Shown here piece by piece: positions 1 through 12,444 of a stretch of 43,818 bases of DNA. The stretch spans positions 1 through 43,818 of the forward strand of contig JAUCBJ010007089.1 of assembly GCA_032718475.1 (NCBI GenBank), in the 5' to 3' direction. Within the stretch, counting starts at the first letter, position 1; each line of letters begins with the position of its first letter. The stretch comes from Nemertoderma westbladi. Its lineage: Eukaryota > Animalia > Xenacoelomorpha. A program made the translations under genes and the position numbers. The notes beneath the pieces are model-generated. The model ran no database searches, was not told the origin of the DNA, and saw only the letters and a program-made list of their open reading frames with translations.

Positions 1-299
1 ATATTATAATGAGTTTATATTCAGGCTAGCGAGCGTCGCTGCCTACTCCAATTAACCCCCGGACAGTACGAGATCCTCAGCGCCGATGTGTCGTCGCCGC
101 TGTACTTTCGCCAACGACGTAGCCGCACAACGACAACGACATCCCCAATCTCCCGGGAATATCCAGCGGGTGAATGGTCGCGCACGGATTGGTTTCGACT
201 AGTGTAGTGAATCAAATACTTGTCATAGACTAAAAAGCGATTTATTATCTAGAAGACATTCTAATTTGGCGGGTTAAACTGCCAAAGGTCTGAAAGCGC

Positions 300-329
300 G
301 AACACCCCCCCCAGGGGTAATAGGGTTAA
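300..329. mobile_element. Right terminus of a piggyBac-like non-autonomous element; left end not seen in the window
   Basis: C-run then AGGGGTAATAGGG|TTAA (GGG 323-325, TTAA 326-329). Reverse complement CCCTATTAC resembles the CCCTATTA TIR of the element at 25624. It lies next to the end of the adjacent LINE remnant. Confidence 0.45.
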
Positions 330-344
330 CCTATTGTTTAAAAT

Positions 345-1170
345 GAATAATACTAAGCAAAGTAATACCACGAAAGTTTGTCGGGTCGAAGCGACTGCCT
401 TTGTTCTTATACAATGGTTTAATAAGACCAGTGGTACATCTCATTGGGAAATTACCTGTTAACAAACCTGCATTAAAAACAGCCGTACTGTATTTGAAGA
501 TGTTAGTTTATTTACACCAGCAACCAGAAATTCACTCAAAATCATGTCCTCAACGGGTGTTTCCCCAACTTTAATTTCTTAATCTCGGCAGCCACTTCAG
601 ACTCGTCAAATCGTTGACTAATATATGTCTCAAAACTATCAGATACATTAAAACTTTGTGATTGGCTAGTCTCCATCTTCAAAATCCGAGTTTCCACAAG
701 GCAAGTCCTTAAAATTCAATTCTAACTCCTCGGTACTTGACATAGCCTTGCCCTTGGAGGTATTAAAATAATTTTTAAGTTTATTCCAAAACATTTTAAC
801 ATATTTTAGACCCAGCCTCATTAATTTAGTCGACTCTACTTTTCCGTACACCACACGTGCCTGTCTGAGAGTTTTTTTTATAATTTTCCTTGCATTCTGC
901 ACATTAAGTAGTGCTAGATCGGAACGGGTTCGGCGCCAATCACTAAGCGCATTGCTAAATTTACTTTCAGAAACAACACAATCATAATTAAACCACCTAG
1001 CACCATTATGTATATTATCCTTAGAAATGTGTTTTGGTGCCGGTGTTACTTTCTGTGCACAGTTGTAAATGAGTGTGGTTAACTTGTCAGCCGCTAAATT
1101 AATTTTTTCACTATTTAAATCAGTACTGGTAGCTAAATCATTAACGTCATCCTGACTCATCCAAAACAAC
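345..1170 (-). mobile_element. Degenerate non-LTR retrotransposon (LINE) ORF2 remnant: linker plus start of RT
   Basis: Minus-strand translation gives ARWFNYDC...KMFWNKLK, then after a stop and frameshifts FDESEVAAEIKKLKLGK, EDMILSEFL and TGLIKPLYKNKGSRFDPTNFRGITLLS, matching LINE RT domain 0/1 motifs. Confidence 0.8.
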
Positions 1171-1227
1171 AGATGTATATTGCATAATCTGATTTTAATT
1201 CTGCCCGAAATATATCCTCTGATCCTA

Positions 1228-1248
1228 TCTATATATATAAATATCATG

Positions 1249-1283
<35 letters not shown>

Positions 1284-3679
1284 TTGTCTGTCCAAGCTAT
1301 ACGTTTCTACACACAAGCACCAATCTGAGCTCGCGATACATCGAACGAAAGCTCTCGTCACGAGCACGTGCACTGTCGCTATCTCGAGTCTTATTTTACG
1401 CGTTTGTTTGCGTGAATGCAGATTTCGTGAATTTGGTACCGGTAGCGCAGTAGGCCTAGCAGTTCATTCTGTCACTCTACATGTTGGGTCTCGACTATTA
1501 TGCTACTTTTTGATACCAGACTTAATCTGTTCTAAATGATACTTTGCAGATCTGTTCCCGACCATAGACTGTGTGTTTGGGAGGACACTGATCAGTCTGC
1601 AGTTCTCCAGTCTGCCGCTAGGGGGCGAAATATCCGAAACTGAAAACATCTCCCATTTCGTTATTATTAAAGCCTTTTAGCTGATACATGGCAGAGGTCT
1701 TCTACACCATAGGCTATGTGTTTGGGGAGGATGCTGACCAATCTGCAATTCCCCAGTCTGCCGCTAGGGGGAGAAATATCTGAAAGTGAAAACCTTATCC
1801 CATTTCTTTGTTTACAATGCTTTTTTGCTGATACTTGGCAGAAGTCTACTACACCATACAGCGTGTTTGGGGAGGAGCTAGAATCAGTCTGCATTTCTCC
1901 AGTCTACCGCTAGGGGGCCAAATGTCTGAAAGTGAAAACCTTATCCCATTTCGTTATTAATAATGCTTTTAGGCTGACACTTGGCAGATGTGTATTACAC
2001 CATATGGTGTGTGTCTGTGGAGGACGCCCAACTACCTGCAGTTCTCCATTCGGCCGCTAGGGGGCGAAATATCTGAAAGTGAAAACCTTATCCCATTTCG
2101 TTGTTTATAATGCTTTTAGGCTGATACTTGGCAGAGGTCTACTACACCATAGACTGCGTGTTTGTGGAGAACTCTGACCAATCTGCAATTCCTCTGTCTG
2201 CCACTAGGGGGCCAAATGTCTGAAAGTGAAAACCTTATCCCATTTCGTTATTAATAATGCTTTTAGGCTGACACTTGGCAGATGTGTATTACACCATATG
2301 GTGTGTGTCTGTGGAGGACGCCCAACTACCTGCAGTTCTCCATTCGGCCACTAAGGGGCGAAATATCTGAAAGTGAAAACCTTATCCCATTTCGTTGTTT
2401 ATAATTCTTATAGGCTGGTACTTGGCAGAGGTCTACTACACCATAGGCTGCGTGTTTGTGGAGAACTCTGACCAATCTGAAATTCCTCTGTCTGCCACTA
2501 GGGGGCCAAATGTCTGAAAGTGAAAACCTTATCCCATTTCGTTATTAATAATGCTTTTAGGCTGACACTTGGCAGATGTGTATTACACCATAGGCTGTGT
2601 GTCTGAAGAGGACGCCGAACAACCTGCAGTTCTCTATTCGGCCGCTAGGAGGCGAAATGTCTGAACGTGAAAACCTTATCCCATTTTGATGTTTATAATG
2701 TTTTTAGGCTGATACTTGTCAGAGGTCTACTACATCAAAGACTGCGTGTTTGTGGAGAACTAAGACCAATCTGCAATAGCTCAGTCTGCCGCTAGGGGGC
2801 GCAATGTCTGAAAGTGAAAACCTTTATGCATTTTATTGTTTATAATGTTTTTTTGCTGATACTTGGCAGAGGTCTACTACACCATAGACTGTGTGTTTGG
2901 GGAGGAGCTAGAACCAGTCTGCATTTATCCAGTCTACCGCTTGGGGGCCAAATGTCTGAAAGTGAAAACCTTATCCCATTTCGTTATTAATATGATTTCA
3001 GGCTGACACTTGCCAGATGTGTAGTACACCATAGGGTGTGTGTCTAGGTAAGACGTCGAACAAACTGCAGTTCTCCATTCGGCCGCTAGGGGGCGAAATG
3101 TCTGAAAGTGAAAACCTTATCCCGTTTCGTTGTTTCTAATGCTTTTGGGCTGATACTTGTCAGACGTCTACTACACCATAGACTGCGTGTTTGTGGAAAA
3201 CTCTGACCAATCTGCAATTTCTCAGTCTGCCGCTAGAGGGTGAAATGTTTCAAGTGAAATCCTTCTCCCATTTCGTTGTTTCATCTAATGCTTTTTTGCT
3301 TATACTTGGGAAAGGCATGCTTGACCATAGGATGTTTGTATGGGGAGGGCGCTAACCAGTCTGCGGATTTCCAGTCTACTGCTAGGGTGCGAAATATCTG
3401 AATCTGAAAAGTAAAAACATTCTCACATTTATTTATTTAAAATGCTTTTACGCTGATAATTGTCAGAGGTCTACTGTACTACATCATAAGGCTGCATCTA
3501 TGTGAAAGACGTTGAACAGTGTAGATATCTGAAAAGTAAAACTGCATCAGTCCTTTTGTTTGAGAGAACACTCTCAATCATATGAAGTTTTGTTAAGTTA
3601 ATTAATTAATTAATGTTTGGAATGGTGAATAGGCTTGTGAACTAGAAAGCAGTGGCCCGAAGGGCCACTGGCTTTCTAG
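1228..3679 (+). mobile_element. Non-autonomous Helitron, family A, copy 1
   Basis: Host A|TCTATATATATAAAT 5' end and (GTCT)n microsatellite. About 13 internal ~147-bp repeats. 3' hairpin AGTGGCCC-GAA-GGGCCACT ending 10 nt before the end of the terminal CTAG; no TSD. Confidence 0.85.
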
Positions 3680-3700
3680 TCTATATATATAAATATCATG

Positions 3701-3731
<31 letters not shown>

Positions 3732-5668
3732 TTGTCTGTCCAAGCTATACGTTTCTACACACATGCACCAATCGGAGCTCGCGATACATCGAACGAAAGC
3801 TCTCGTCACGAGCACGTGCACTGTCGCTATCTCGAGTCTTATTTTACGCGTTTGTTTGCGTGAATGCAGATTTCGTGAATTTGGTACCGGTAGCGCAGTA
3901 GGCCTAGCAGTTCATTCTATAGGAAACTCTATAACAGCGGTTGCACCATCAGACTAAATCTGTTCTAAATTATACTTTGCAGATACGTTCCTGACCATAG
4001 ACTGTGTGTTTGGGAAGACAGTGATCAATCTGCAGTTCTCCAGTCTGCCGCTAGGGGGCGAAATGTCAGAAACTGAAAACCTTCTCCCATTTCGTTATTA
4101 TTAATGCCTTTTAGCTGATACGTGAAAGAGGTCTACTACACCATAGGCTGTGTGTTTTCGGAGGATGCTGACCAATCTGTAATTCCCCAGTCTGCCGCTA
4201 GGGGGAGCAATATCTGAAAGTGAAAACCTTATCCCATTTCGTTGTTTATAATGCTTTTTTGCTGATACTTGGCAGAAGTCAACTACACCATAGACTGCGT
4301 GTTTGTAGAGAACTCTGAATAATCTGAAATTCTTCAGTCTGCCGGTAGGGGGCGCAATGTCTGAAAGTGAAAACCTTCACCCATTTCGTTGTTTATACTG
4401 CTTTTTTGCTGATACTTGGCAGAGGTCTACTACACCAAGACTGCGTGTTTGGGGAGGAGCTAGAACCAGTCTGCATTTCTCCAGTCTACCGCTAGGGGGC
4501 CAAATGTCTGAAAGTGAAAACCTTATCCCATTTCGTTATTAATAATGCTTTTAGGCTGACACTTGGCAGATTTGTATTACACCATAGGGTGTGTGTCTAG
4601 GTAAGACGCCGAACAAACTGCAGTTCTCCATTTGGCCGCTAGGGGGCGAAATGTCTGAACGTGAAAACCGTATCCCATTTTGATGTTTATAATGTTTTTA
4701 GGCTGATACTTGTAAGAGGTCTACTACATCAAAGACTGCGTGTTTGTGGAGAACTAAGACCAATTTGCAATAGCTCTGTCTGCCGCTAGGGGGCGCAATG
4801 TCTGAAAGTGAAATCCTTTATGCATTTCATTGTTTATAATGCTTTTTTGCTGATACTCGACAGAGGTCTACTACACCATAGACTGTGTGTTTGGGGAGGA
4901 GTTAGAACCAGTCTGCATTTATCCAGTCTACCGCTAGGGGGCCAATTGTCTGAAAGTGAAAACCTTATCCCATTTCGTTATTAATATGCTTTCAGGCTGA
5001 CACTTGCCAGATGTGTAATACACTATAGGGTGTGTGTCTAGGTAAGACGCCGAACAAACTGCAGTTCTCCATTCGGCCGCTAGGGGCCGAAATGTCTGAA
5101 AGTGAAAACCTTATCCCGTTTCGTTGTTTCTAATGCTTTTAGGCTGATAATTGTCAGAGGTCTACTACACCATAGACTGCGTGTTTGTGGAAAACTCTGA
5201 CCAATCTGCAATTTCTCAGTCTGCCGCTAGAGGGTGAAATGTCTCAAGTGAAATCCGTCTCCCATTTCGTTGTTTCTAATGCTTTTTTGCTTATACTTGG
5301 GAAAGGCATGATGATCATAGGCTGTTTGTATGGGGAGGACGCTAACCAGTCTGCGGATTTCCAGTCTACTGCTAGGGTGCGAAAAATCTGAATCTGAAAA
5401 GTAAAAACATTCTCACATTTATTTATTAAAAATGCTTTTACGCTTATAATTGTCAGAGGTCTACTGTACTACATCATAAGGCTGCATCTATGTGAAGGAC
5501 GTTGACCAGTGTAGATATCTGAAAAGTATAACAGCATCAGTCTTTTGTTTGAGAGAACACTCTCAATCATATGAAGTTTTGTTAAGTTAATTAATTAATT
5601 AATGTTTGGAATGGTGAATAGGCTTGTGAACTAGAAAGCCGTGGCCCGAAGGGCCACTGGCTTTCTAG
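3680..5668 (+). mobile_element. Non-autonomous Helitron, family A, copy 2
   Basis: Joined to copy 1 as CTAG|TCTATATATAT. Same termini; about 10 internal repeats. Confidence 0.85.
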
Positions 5669-7861
5669 TCTAATATATATAAATATCGATTGTCTGTCAG
5701 TCAGTCAGTCTGTCTGTGTGTTTGTCATCGGCTATACAATCGAACCCATCTCGATGAAATCTCGCTTGCTATAGCTCGTTAGAAAGGTCTCGCCCTAACT
5801 CGTTGCAACGTAATACTCAGAGTCGTCTGAAGTTCGCCCGTCTGCCGCTAGAGGGCGATTTTCGTGATTTTCGGGCGAAATTTATCGAATTATTTCGGTT
5901 CTTCTATCGGTAATTAATGATTTAGAGGGCTAACATTTATCCCACCTGGTATAAAATTAACATGGGTAGATTCGCCGTGTCCCATTCTCACAAAGTATTT
6001 ATTTTATTCGAGTGTTTAATATAAATATGTATGATTATTTATTGATTAAAAAACAAATAGTGTATAAATATGTCATATTCGCCAAGCACGATCGAATTGG
6101 CCTATTGTTATTGAATAGGGAAGGATTGTTTTCTGTAGCAACCTTAAGGTAATTATTGAACTCGCAGCTAGCTGGCTGGGCACAGATAAGGAGCAAGCAG
6201 GCTGGAGTGTTGATTGGGGTGGGTTTGGGTTGTAGTAATTCTGCTTTCTCAATCATTGGCTGCATGGAAGGAGAGGTTTATAACATTTTTGTTTTACTGT
6301 TATGAATATTAAAAGTAAAAATAATTATTTCTATAGGCCTATACTTACTGTATTATTATGTTATCTAATATTATACATCTAATCTCGATGAAATCTCGCT
6401 TACTATAGCTCGTTAGATAGGTCTCGCCCTAACTCGTTGCAACGTAATACTCAGAGCCGTCTGAAGTTCCCCCGTCTGCCGCTAGAGGGCGAATTATCCG
6501 ATAGTGAAAACCTGATCTTATTGGGTTGTTTTTAATGCTTTTGAGCTGAAACTTGGTAGCTATATACTGCAGCATAGGCTGTATATTTCCGGAGTCACTG
6601 GGTGGTCTACAGTTCCCCAGTCTACCGTTAGAGTGCTAAATGTCTGAGAGATAACATCTTCTCCAACTTTATTATTTACAATCCGTTTTGACTGAAACTT
6701 GGTAGGCATCTACTACAGCATAGGCTGAATCTTTACTGAGTCGCAGAGTCGTCTACAATTTCCCAGTCTACCGCTAGAGGGCGAAATGTCTGCAAGTTAA
6801 CATCTTCTCCAACTTTGTTATTTATAATCCATTTAGACTGAACTTGGTAGGCATCTACTACAGCATAGGCTATATCTTTACTGAGTCGCGCAGAGTTGTC
6901 TACAGTACCCGCGTCTGCCGCTAGAGGGCGAAATGTATGAAAGTTAACATCTTCTCCAACTTTGTTATTTACAATCCTTTTAGACTGAAACTTGGTAGGC
7001 ATCTACTATAGCATAGGCTATATCTTTGCGGAGTAGTAGAGTCGTCTACAGTTCCACAGTCAGACGCAAGAGGGCGAATTGTCTGATAGTGAAAACCTCA
7101 TCCCATTTGGTTCTTTTTAATCCTTTTGAGCTGAAACTTGGCAGGTATCTACTACATCCTAGGCTCTATCTTTACGGAGTTGCAGAGTCCTATACACTTC
7201 CCCAGTCTACCGCTAGAGGGTGAAATGTCTGAAAATTAACATCTTCTCCAACTTTGTTATTTACAAACGGTTTAGACTGAAACTTGGTAGGCATCTACTA
7301 CAGCATAGGCTCTACCTTTACGGAGTCGCAGAGTTGTATACAGTTCCCCTATCTGCCGCTAGAGGGCGAATTGTCTGATAGTGAACACCTCATCCCAATT
7401 GGTTCTCTTTAATCCCTTTGAGCTGAAACTTGGCAGGAATCTACTGCAGCATATTCTGTATCTTTACGGAGTCCCAGAGTCGTCTACAGTTCTTCAGTCT
7501 ACCGCTAGAAGTCTGAATGTGAACATCTACACCAATTTTGTTATTTACAATCTGTTTAAGCTGAAACTTGAAAGGCAGGCATTTTACTTCACCATAAACC
7601 CCACCTTTACCAAACTGCAGCGCCGTCTGCATTTCACCAGTCCGCAGGTAGAGGGTGGATCTGAAAGTGATCATTTTCTGGAAATTTTGTTATTTACAAT
7701 CTGACTAAAGTTGAAACTTGACAGTTATCTCTTATGGGGGTGGTGTTTTATTTAATGATGGTGTCTGTTCCGTATGCAGTTCTCCAATCTCCCACACATA
7801 TTCATATATCATCTGCACGTGCACTAGAAAGCTGTGGCCCGAAGGGCCACAGGCTTTCTAG
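5669..7861 (+). mobile_element. Non-autonomous Helitron, family B, copy 1 (2193 bp)
   Basis: CTAG|TCTAATATATATAAAT start and GTCA/GTCT microsatellite. ~146-bp repeats related to but distinct from family A. Hairpin TGTGGCCC-GAA-GGGCCACA plus CTAG end. Confidence 0.85.
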
Positions 7862-10054
7862 TCTAATATATATAAATATCGATTGTCTGTCAGTCAGTCA
7901 GTCTGTCTGTGTGTTTGTCATCGGCTATACAATCGAACCCATCTCGATGAAATCTCGCTTGCTATAGCTCGTTAGAAAGGTCTCGCCCTAACTCGTTGCA
8001 ACGTAATACTCAGAGTCGTCTGAAGTTCGCCCGTCTGCCGCTAGAGGGCGATTTTCGTGATTTTCGGGCGAAATTTATCAAATTATTTCGGTTCTTCTAT
8101 CGGTAATTAATGATTTAGAGGGCTAACATTTATCCCACCTGGTATAAAATTAACATGGGTAGATTCGCCGTGTCCCATTCTCACAAAGTATTTATTTTAT
8201 TCGAGTGTTTAATATAAATATGTATGATTATTTATTGATTAAAAAACAAATAGTGTATAAATATGTCATATTCGCCAAGCACGATCGAATTGGCCTATTG
8301 TTATTGAATAGGGAAGGATTGTTTTCTGTAGCAACCTTAAGGTAATTATTGAACTCGCAGCTAGCTGGCTGGGCACAGATAAGGAGCAAGCAGGCTGGAG
8401 TGTTGATTGGGGTGGGTTTGGGTTGTAGTAATTCTGCTTTCTCAATCATTGGCTGCATGGAAGGAGAGGTTTATAACATTTTTGTTTTACTGTTATGAAT
8501 ATTAAAAGTAAAAATAATTATTTCTATAGGCCTATACTTACTGTATTATTATGTTATCTAATATTATACATCTAATCTCGATGAAATCTCGCTTACTATA
8601 GCTCGTTAGATAGGTCTCGCCCTAACTCGTTGCAACGTAATACTCAGAGCCGTCTGAAGTTCCCCCGTCTGCCGCTAGAGGGCGAATTATCCGATAGTGA
8701 AAACCTGATCTTATTGGGTTGTTTTTAATGCTTTTGAGCTGAAACTTGGTAGCTATATACTGCAGCATAGGCTGTATATTTCCGGAGTCACTGGGTGGTC
8801 TACAGTTCCCCAGTCTACCGTTAGAGTGCTAAATGTCTGAGAGATAACATCTTCTCCAACTTTATTATTTACAATCCGTTTTGACTGAAACTTGGTAGGC
8901 ATCTACTACAGCATAGGCTGAATCTTTACTGAGTCGCAGAGTCGTCTACAATTTCCCAGTCTACCGCTAGAGGGCGAAATGTCTGCAAGTTAACATCTTC
9001 TCCAACTTTGTTATTTATAATCCATTTAGACTGAACTTGGTAGGCATCTACTACAGCATAGGCTATATCTTTACTGAGTCGCGCAGAGTTGTCTACAGTA
9101 CCCGCGTCTGCCGCTAGAGGGCGAAATGTATGAAAGTTAACATCTTCTCCAACTTTGTTATTTACAATCCTTTTAGACTGAAACTTGGTAGGCATCTACT
9201 ATAGCATAGGCTATATCTTTGCGGAGTAGTAGAGTCGTCTACAGTTCCACAGTCAGACGCAAGAGGGCGAATTGTCTGATAGTGAAAACCTCATCCCATT
9301 TGGTTCTTTTTAATCCTTTTGAGCTGAAACTTGGCAGGTATCTACTACATCCTAGGCTCTATCTTTACGGAGTTGCAGAGTCCTATACACTTCCCCAGTC
9401 TACCGCTAGAGGGTGAAATGTCTGAAAATTAACATCTTCTCCAACTTTGTTATTTACAAACGGTTTAGACTGAAACTTGGTAGGCATCTACTACAGCATA
9501 GGCTCTACCTTTACGGAGTCGCAGAGTTGTATACAGTTCCCCTATCTGCCGCTAGAGGGCGAATTGTCTGATAGTGAACACCTCATCCCAATTGGTTCTC
9601 TTTAATCCCTTTGAGCTGAAACTTGGCAGGAATCTACTGCAGCATATTCTGTATCTTTACGGAGTCCCAGAGTCGTCTACAGTTCTTCAGTCTACCGCTA
9701 GAAGTCTGAATGTGAACATCTACACCAATTTTGTTATTTACAATCTGTTTAAGCTGAAACTTGAAAGGCAGGCATTTTACTTCACCATAAACCCCACCTT
9801 TACCAAACTGCAGCGCCGTCTGCATTTCACCAGTCCGCAGGTAGAGGGTGGATCTGAAAGTGATCATTTTCTGGAAATTTTGTTATTTACAATCTGACTA
9901 AAGTTGAAACTTGACAGTTATCTCTTATGGGGGTGGTGTTTTATTTAATGATGGTGTCTATTCCGTATGCAGTTCTCAAATCTCCCACACATATTCATAT
10001 ATCATCTGCACGTGCACTAGAAAGCTGTGGCCCGAAGGGCCACAGGCTTTCTAG
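7862..10054 (+). mobile_element. Non-autonomous Helitron, family B, copy 2 (2193 bp, near-identical to copy 1)
   Basis: Same length as B1 with only a few substitutions visible; ORF-track peptides repeat at a 2193-bp offset. Confidence 0.85.
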
Positions 10055-10073
10055 TAATATATATAAATCTCGA

Positions 10074-10110
<37 letters not shown>

Positions 10111-12444
10111 ATCAGCTATACAATCGAACCCATCTCGATGAAATCTCGCTTGCTATAGCTCGTTAGAAAGGTCTCGCTCTAACTCGTTGCAACGTAATAC
10201 TCAGAGTCGTCTGAAGTTCACCCGTCTGCCGCTAGAGGGCGATTTTCGTGATTTTCGGGCGAAATTTATCGAATTATTTCGGTTCTTCTATCGGTAATTA
10301 ATTATTTAGAGGGCTAACATTTATCCCATCTGGTATAAAATTAACATGAGTAGATTCGCCGTGTCCCATTCTCACAAAGTTTTTATTTTATTCGAGTGTT
10401 TAATATAAATATGTATGATTATTTATTGATTAAAAACCAAATAGTGTATAAATATGTCATATTCGCCAAGCACGATCGAATTGCCCTATTGGTATTGAAT
10501 AGGGAAGGATTGTTTTCTGTATCATAGCAACGTTAAGGTAATTATTGAACTCGCAGCTAGCTGGCTGGGCACAGATAAGGAGCAAGCAGGCTGGAGTGTT
10601 GATTGGGGTGGGTTTGGGTTGTCTGTTGCGAATTGCTCAGAGTAATTCTGCTTTCTCAATCATTGGCTGCATGGAAAAGGAGAGGTTTATAACATTTTTG
10701 TTTTACTGTTATGAATACCGGTATTAAAAGTAAAATAATTATTATTTCTGTAGGCCTATACTTACTGTATTATTATTTTATCTAATATTATACATCTAAT
10801 CTCGATGAAATCTCGCTTACTATAGCTCGTTAGATAGGTCTCGCCCTAACTCGTTGCAACGTAATACTCAGAGCCGTCTGAAGTTCCCCCGTCTGCCGCT
10901 AGAGGGCGAATTGTCCGATATTGAAAACCTGATCTCATTGGGTTGTTTTTAATGCTTTTGAGTTGAAACTCTGTAGCTATATACTGCAGCATAGGCTGTA
11001 TATTTCCGGAGTCACTGAGTTGTCTACAGTTCCCCAGTCTACCGTTAGAGGGCTAAATGTCTGAGAGTTAACATCTTCTCCAACTTTGTTATTTACAATC
11101 CGTTTAGACTGAAACTTGGTAGGCATCTACTACAGCATAGGTTGTATCTTTACTGAGTCGCAGAGTCGTCTACAGTACCCGCGTCTGCCGCTAGAGGGCG
11201 AAATGTCTGAAAGTTAACATCTTCTCCAACTTTGTTATTTATAATCCGTTTAGACTGAACTTGGTAGGCATCTACTACAGCATAGGCTATATCTTTACTG
11301 AGTCGCGCAGAGTTGTCTACAGTACCCGCGTCTGCCGCTAGAGGGTGAAATGTATGAAAGTAAACATATTTTCCAACTTTGTTATTTACAATCCTTTTAT
11401 ACTGGAACTTGGTAGGCATCTACTATAGCATAGGCTATATCTTTGCGGAGTAGTAGAGTCGTCTACAATTCCCCAGTCTACCGCTAGAGGGCGAAATGTC
11501 TGAAAGTTAACATCTTCTCCAACTTTGTTATTTATAATCCATTTAGACTGAACTTGGTAGGCATCTACTACAGCATAGGCCATATCTTTACTGAGTCCCG
11601 CAGAGTTGTCTACATTACCCGCGTCTGCCGCTAGAGGGCGAAATGTATGAAAGTTAACATCTCCTCCAACTTTGTTATTTACAATCCTTTTAGACTGAAT
11701 CTTGGTAGGCATCTACTATAGCATAGGCTATATCTTTGCGGAGTAGTAGAGTCGTCTACAGTTCCACAGTCAGCCGCTAGAGGGCGAATTGTCTGATAGT
11801 GAAAACCTCATCCCATTTGGTTCTTTTTAATCATTTTGAGCTGAAAATTGGTAGGCATCTACTACAGCATAGGCTGTACCTTTACGGAGTCGCAGAGTTG
11901 TATACAGTCCCCCCCCCCCATATGCCGCTAGAGGGCGAAATATCTGATAGTGAACACCTCATCCTATTTGGTTCTTTTTAATCCTATTGAGCTGGAACTT
12001 GGCAGGAAACTACTACAGCATATTCTGTATCTTTACGGAGCCCCAGAGTCGTCTACAGTTCTTCAGTCTACCGCTAGAGGGTGAAATGTCTGAATGTAAA
12101 CATCTACACCAATTTTGTTATTTACAATCTGTTTAAGCTGAAACTTGAAAGGCAGGCATTTTACTTCACCATAAACCCCATCTTTACCAAACTGCAGCGC
12201 CGTCTGCATTTCACCAGTCCGCAGGTAGAGGGTGGATCTGAAAGTGATCATTTTTCTGGAAATTTTGTTATTTACAATCTGCCTAAAGTTGAAACTTGAC
12301 AGTTATCTCTTATGGCGGTGGCGTTTTATTTAATGATGGTGTCTGTTCCGTATGCAGTTCTCAAATCTCAAACACATATTCATATATCATCTGCACTGCA
12401 CGTGCACTAGAAAGCTGTGGCCCGAAGGGCCACAGGCTTTCTAG
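10055..12444 (+). mobile_element. Non-autonomous Helitron, family B, copy 3
   Basis: Starts TAATATATATAAAT (lacks the initial TC). One extra internal repeat; intact hairpin and CTAG. Confidence 0.85.

Noticed and set aside
52-329. Complete piggyBac MITE from TTAACCCCC (52) to GGGTTAA (329)
   Set aside because: The two ends do not match beyond CCC.
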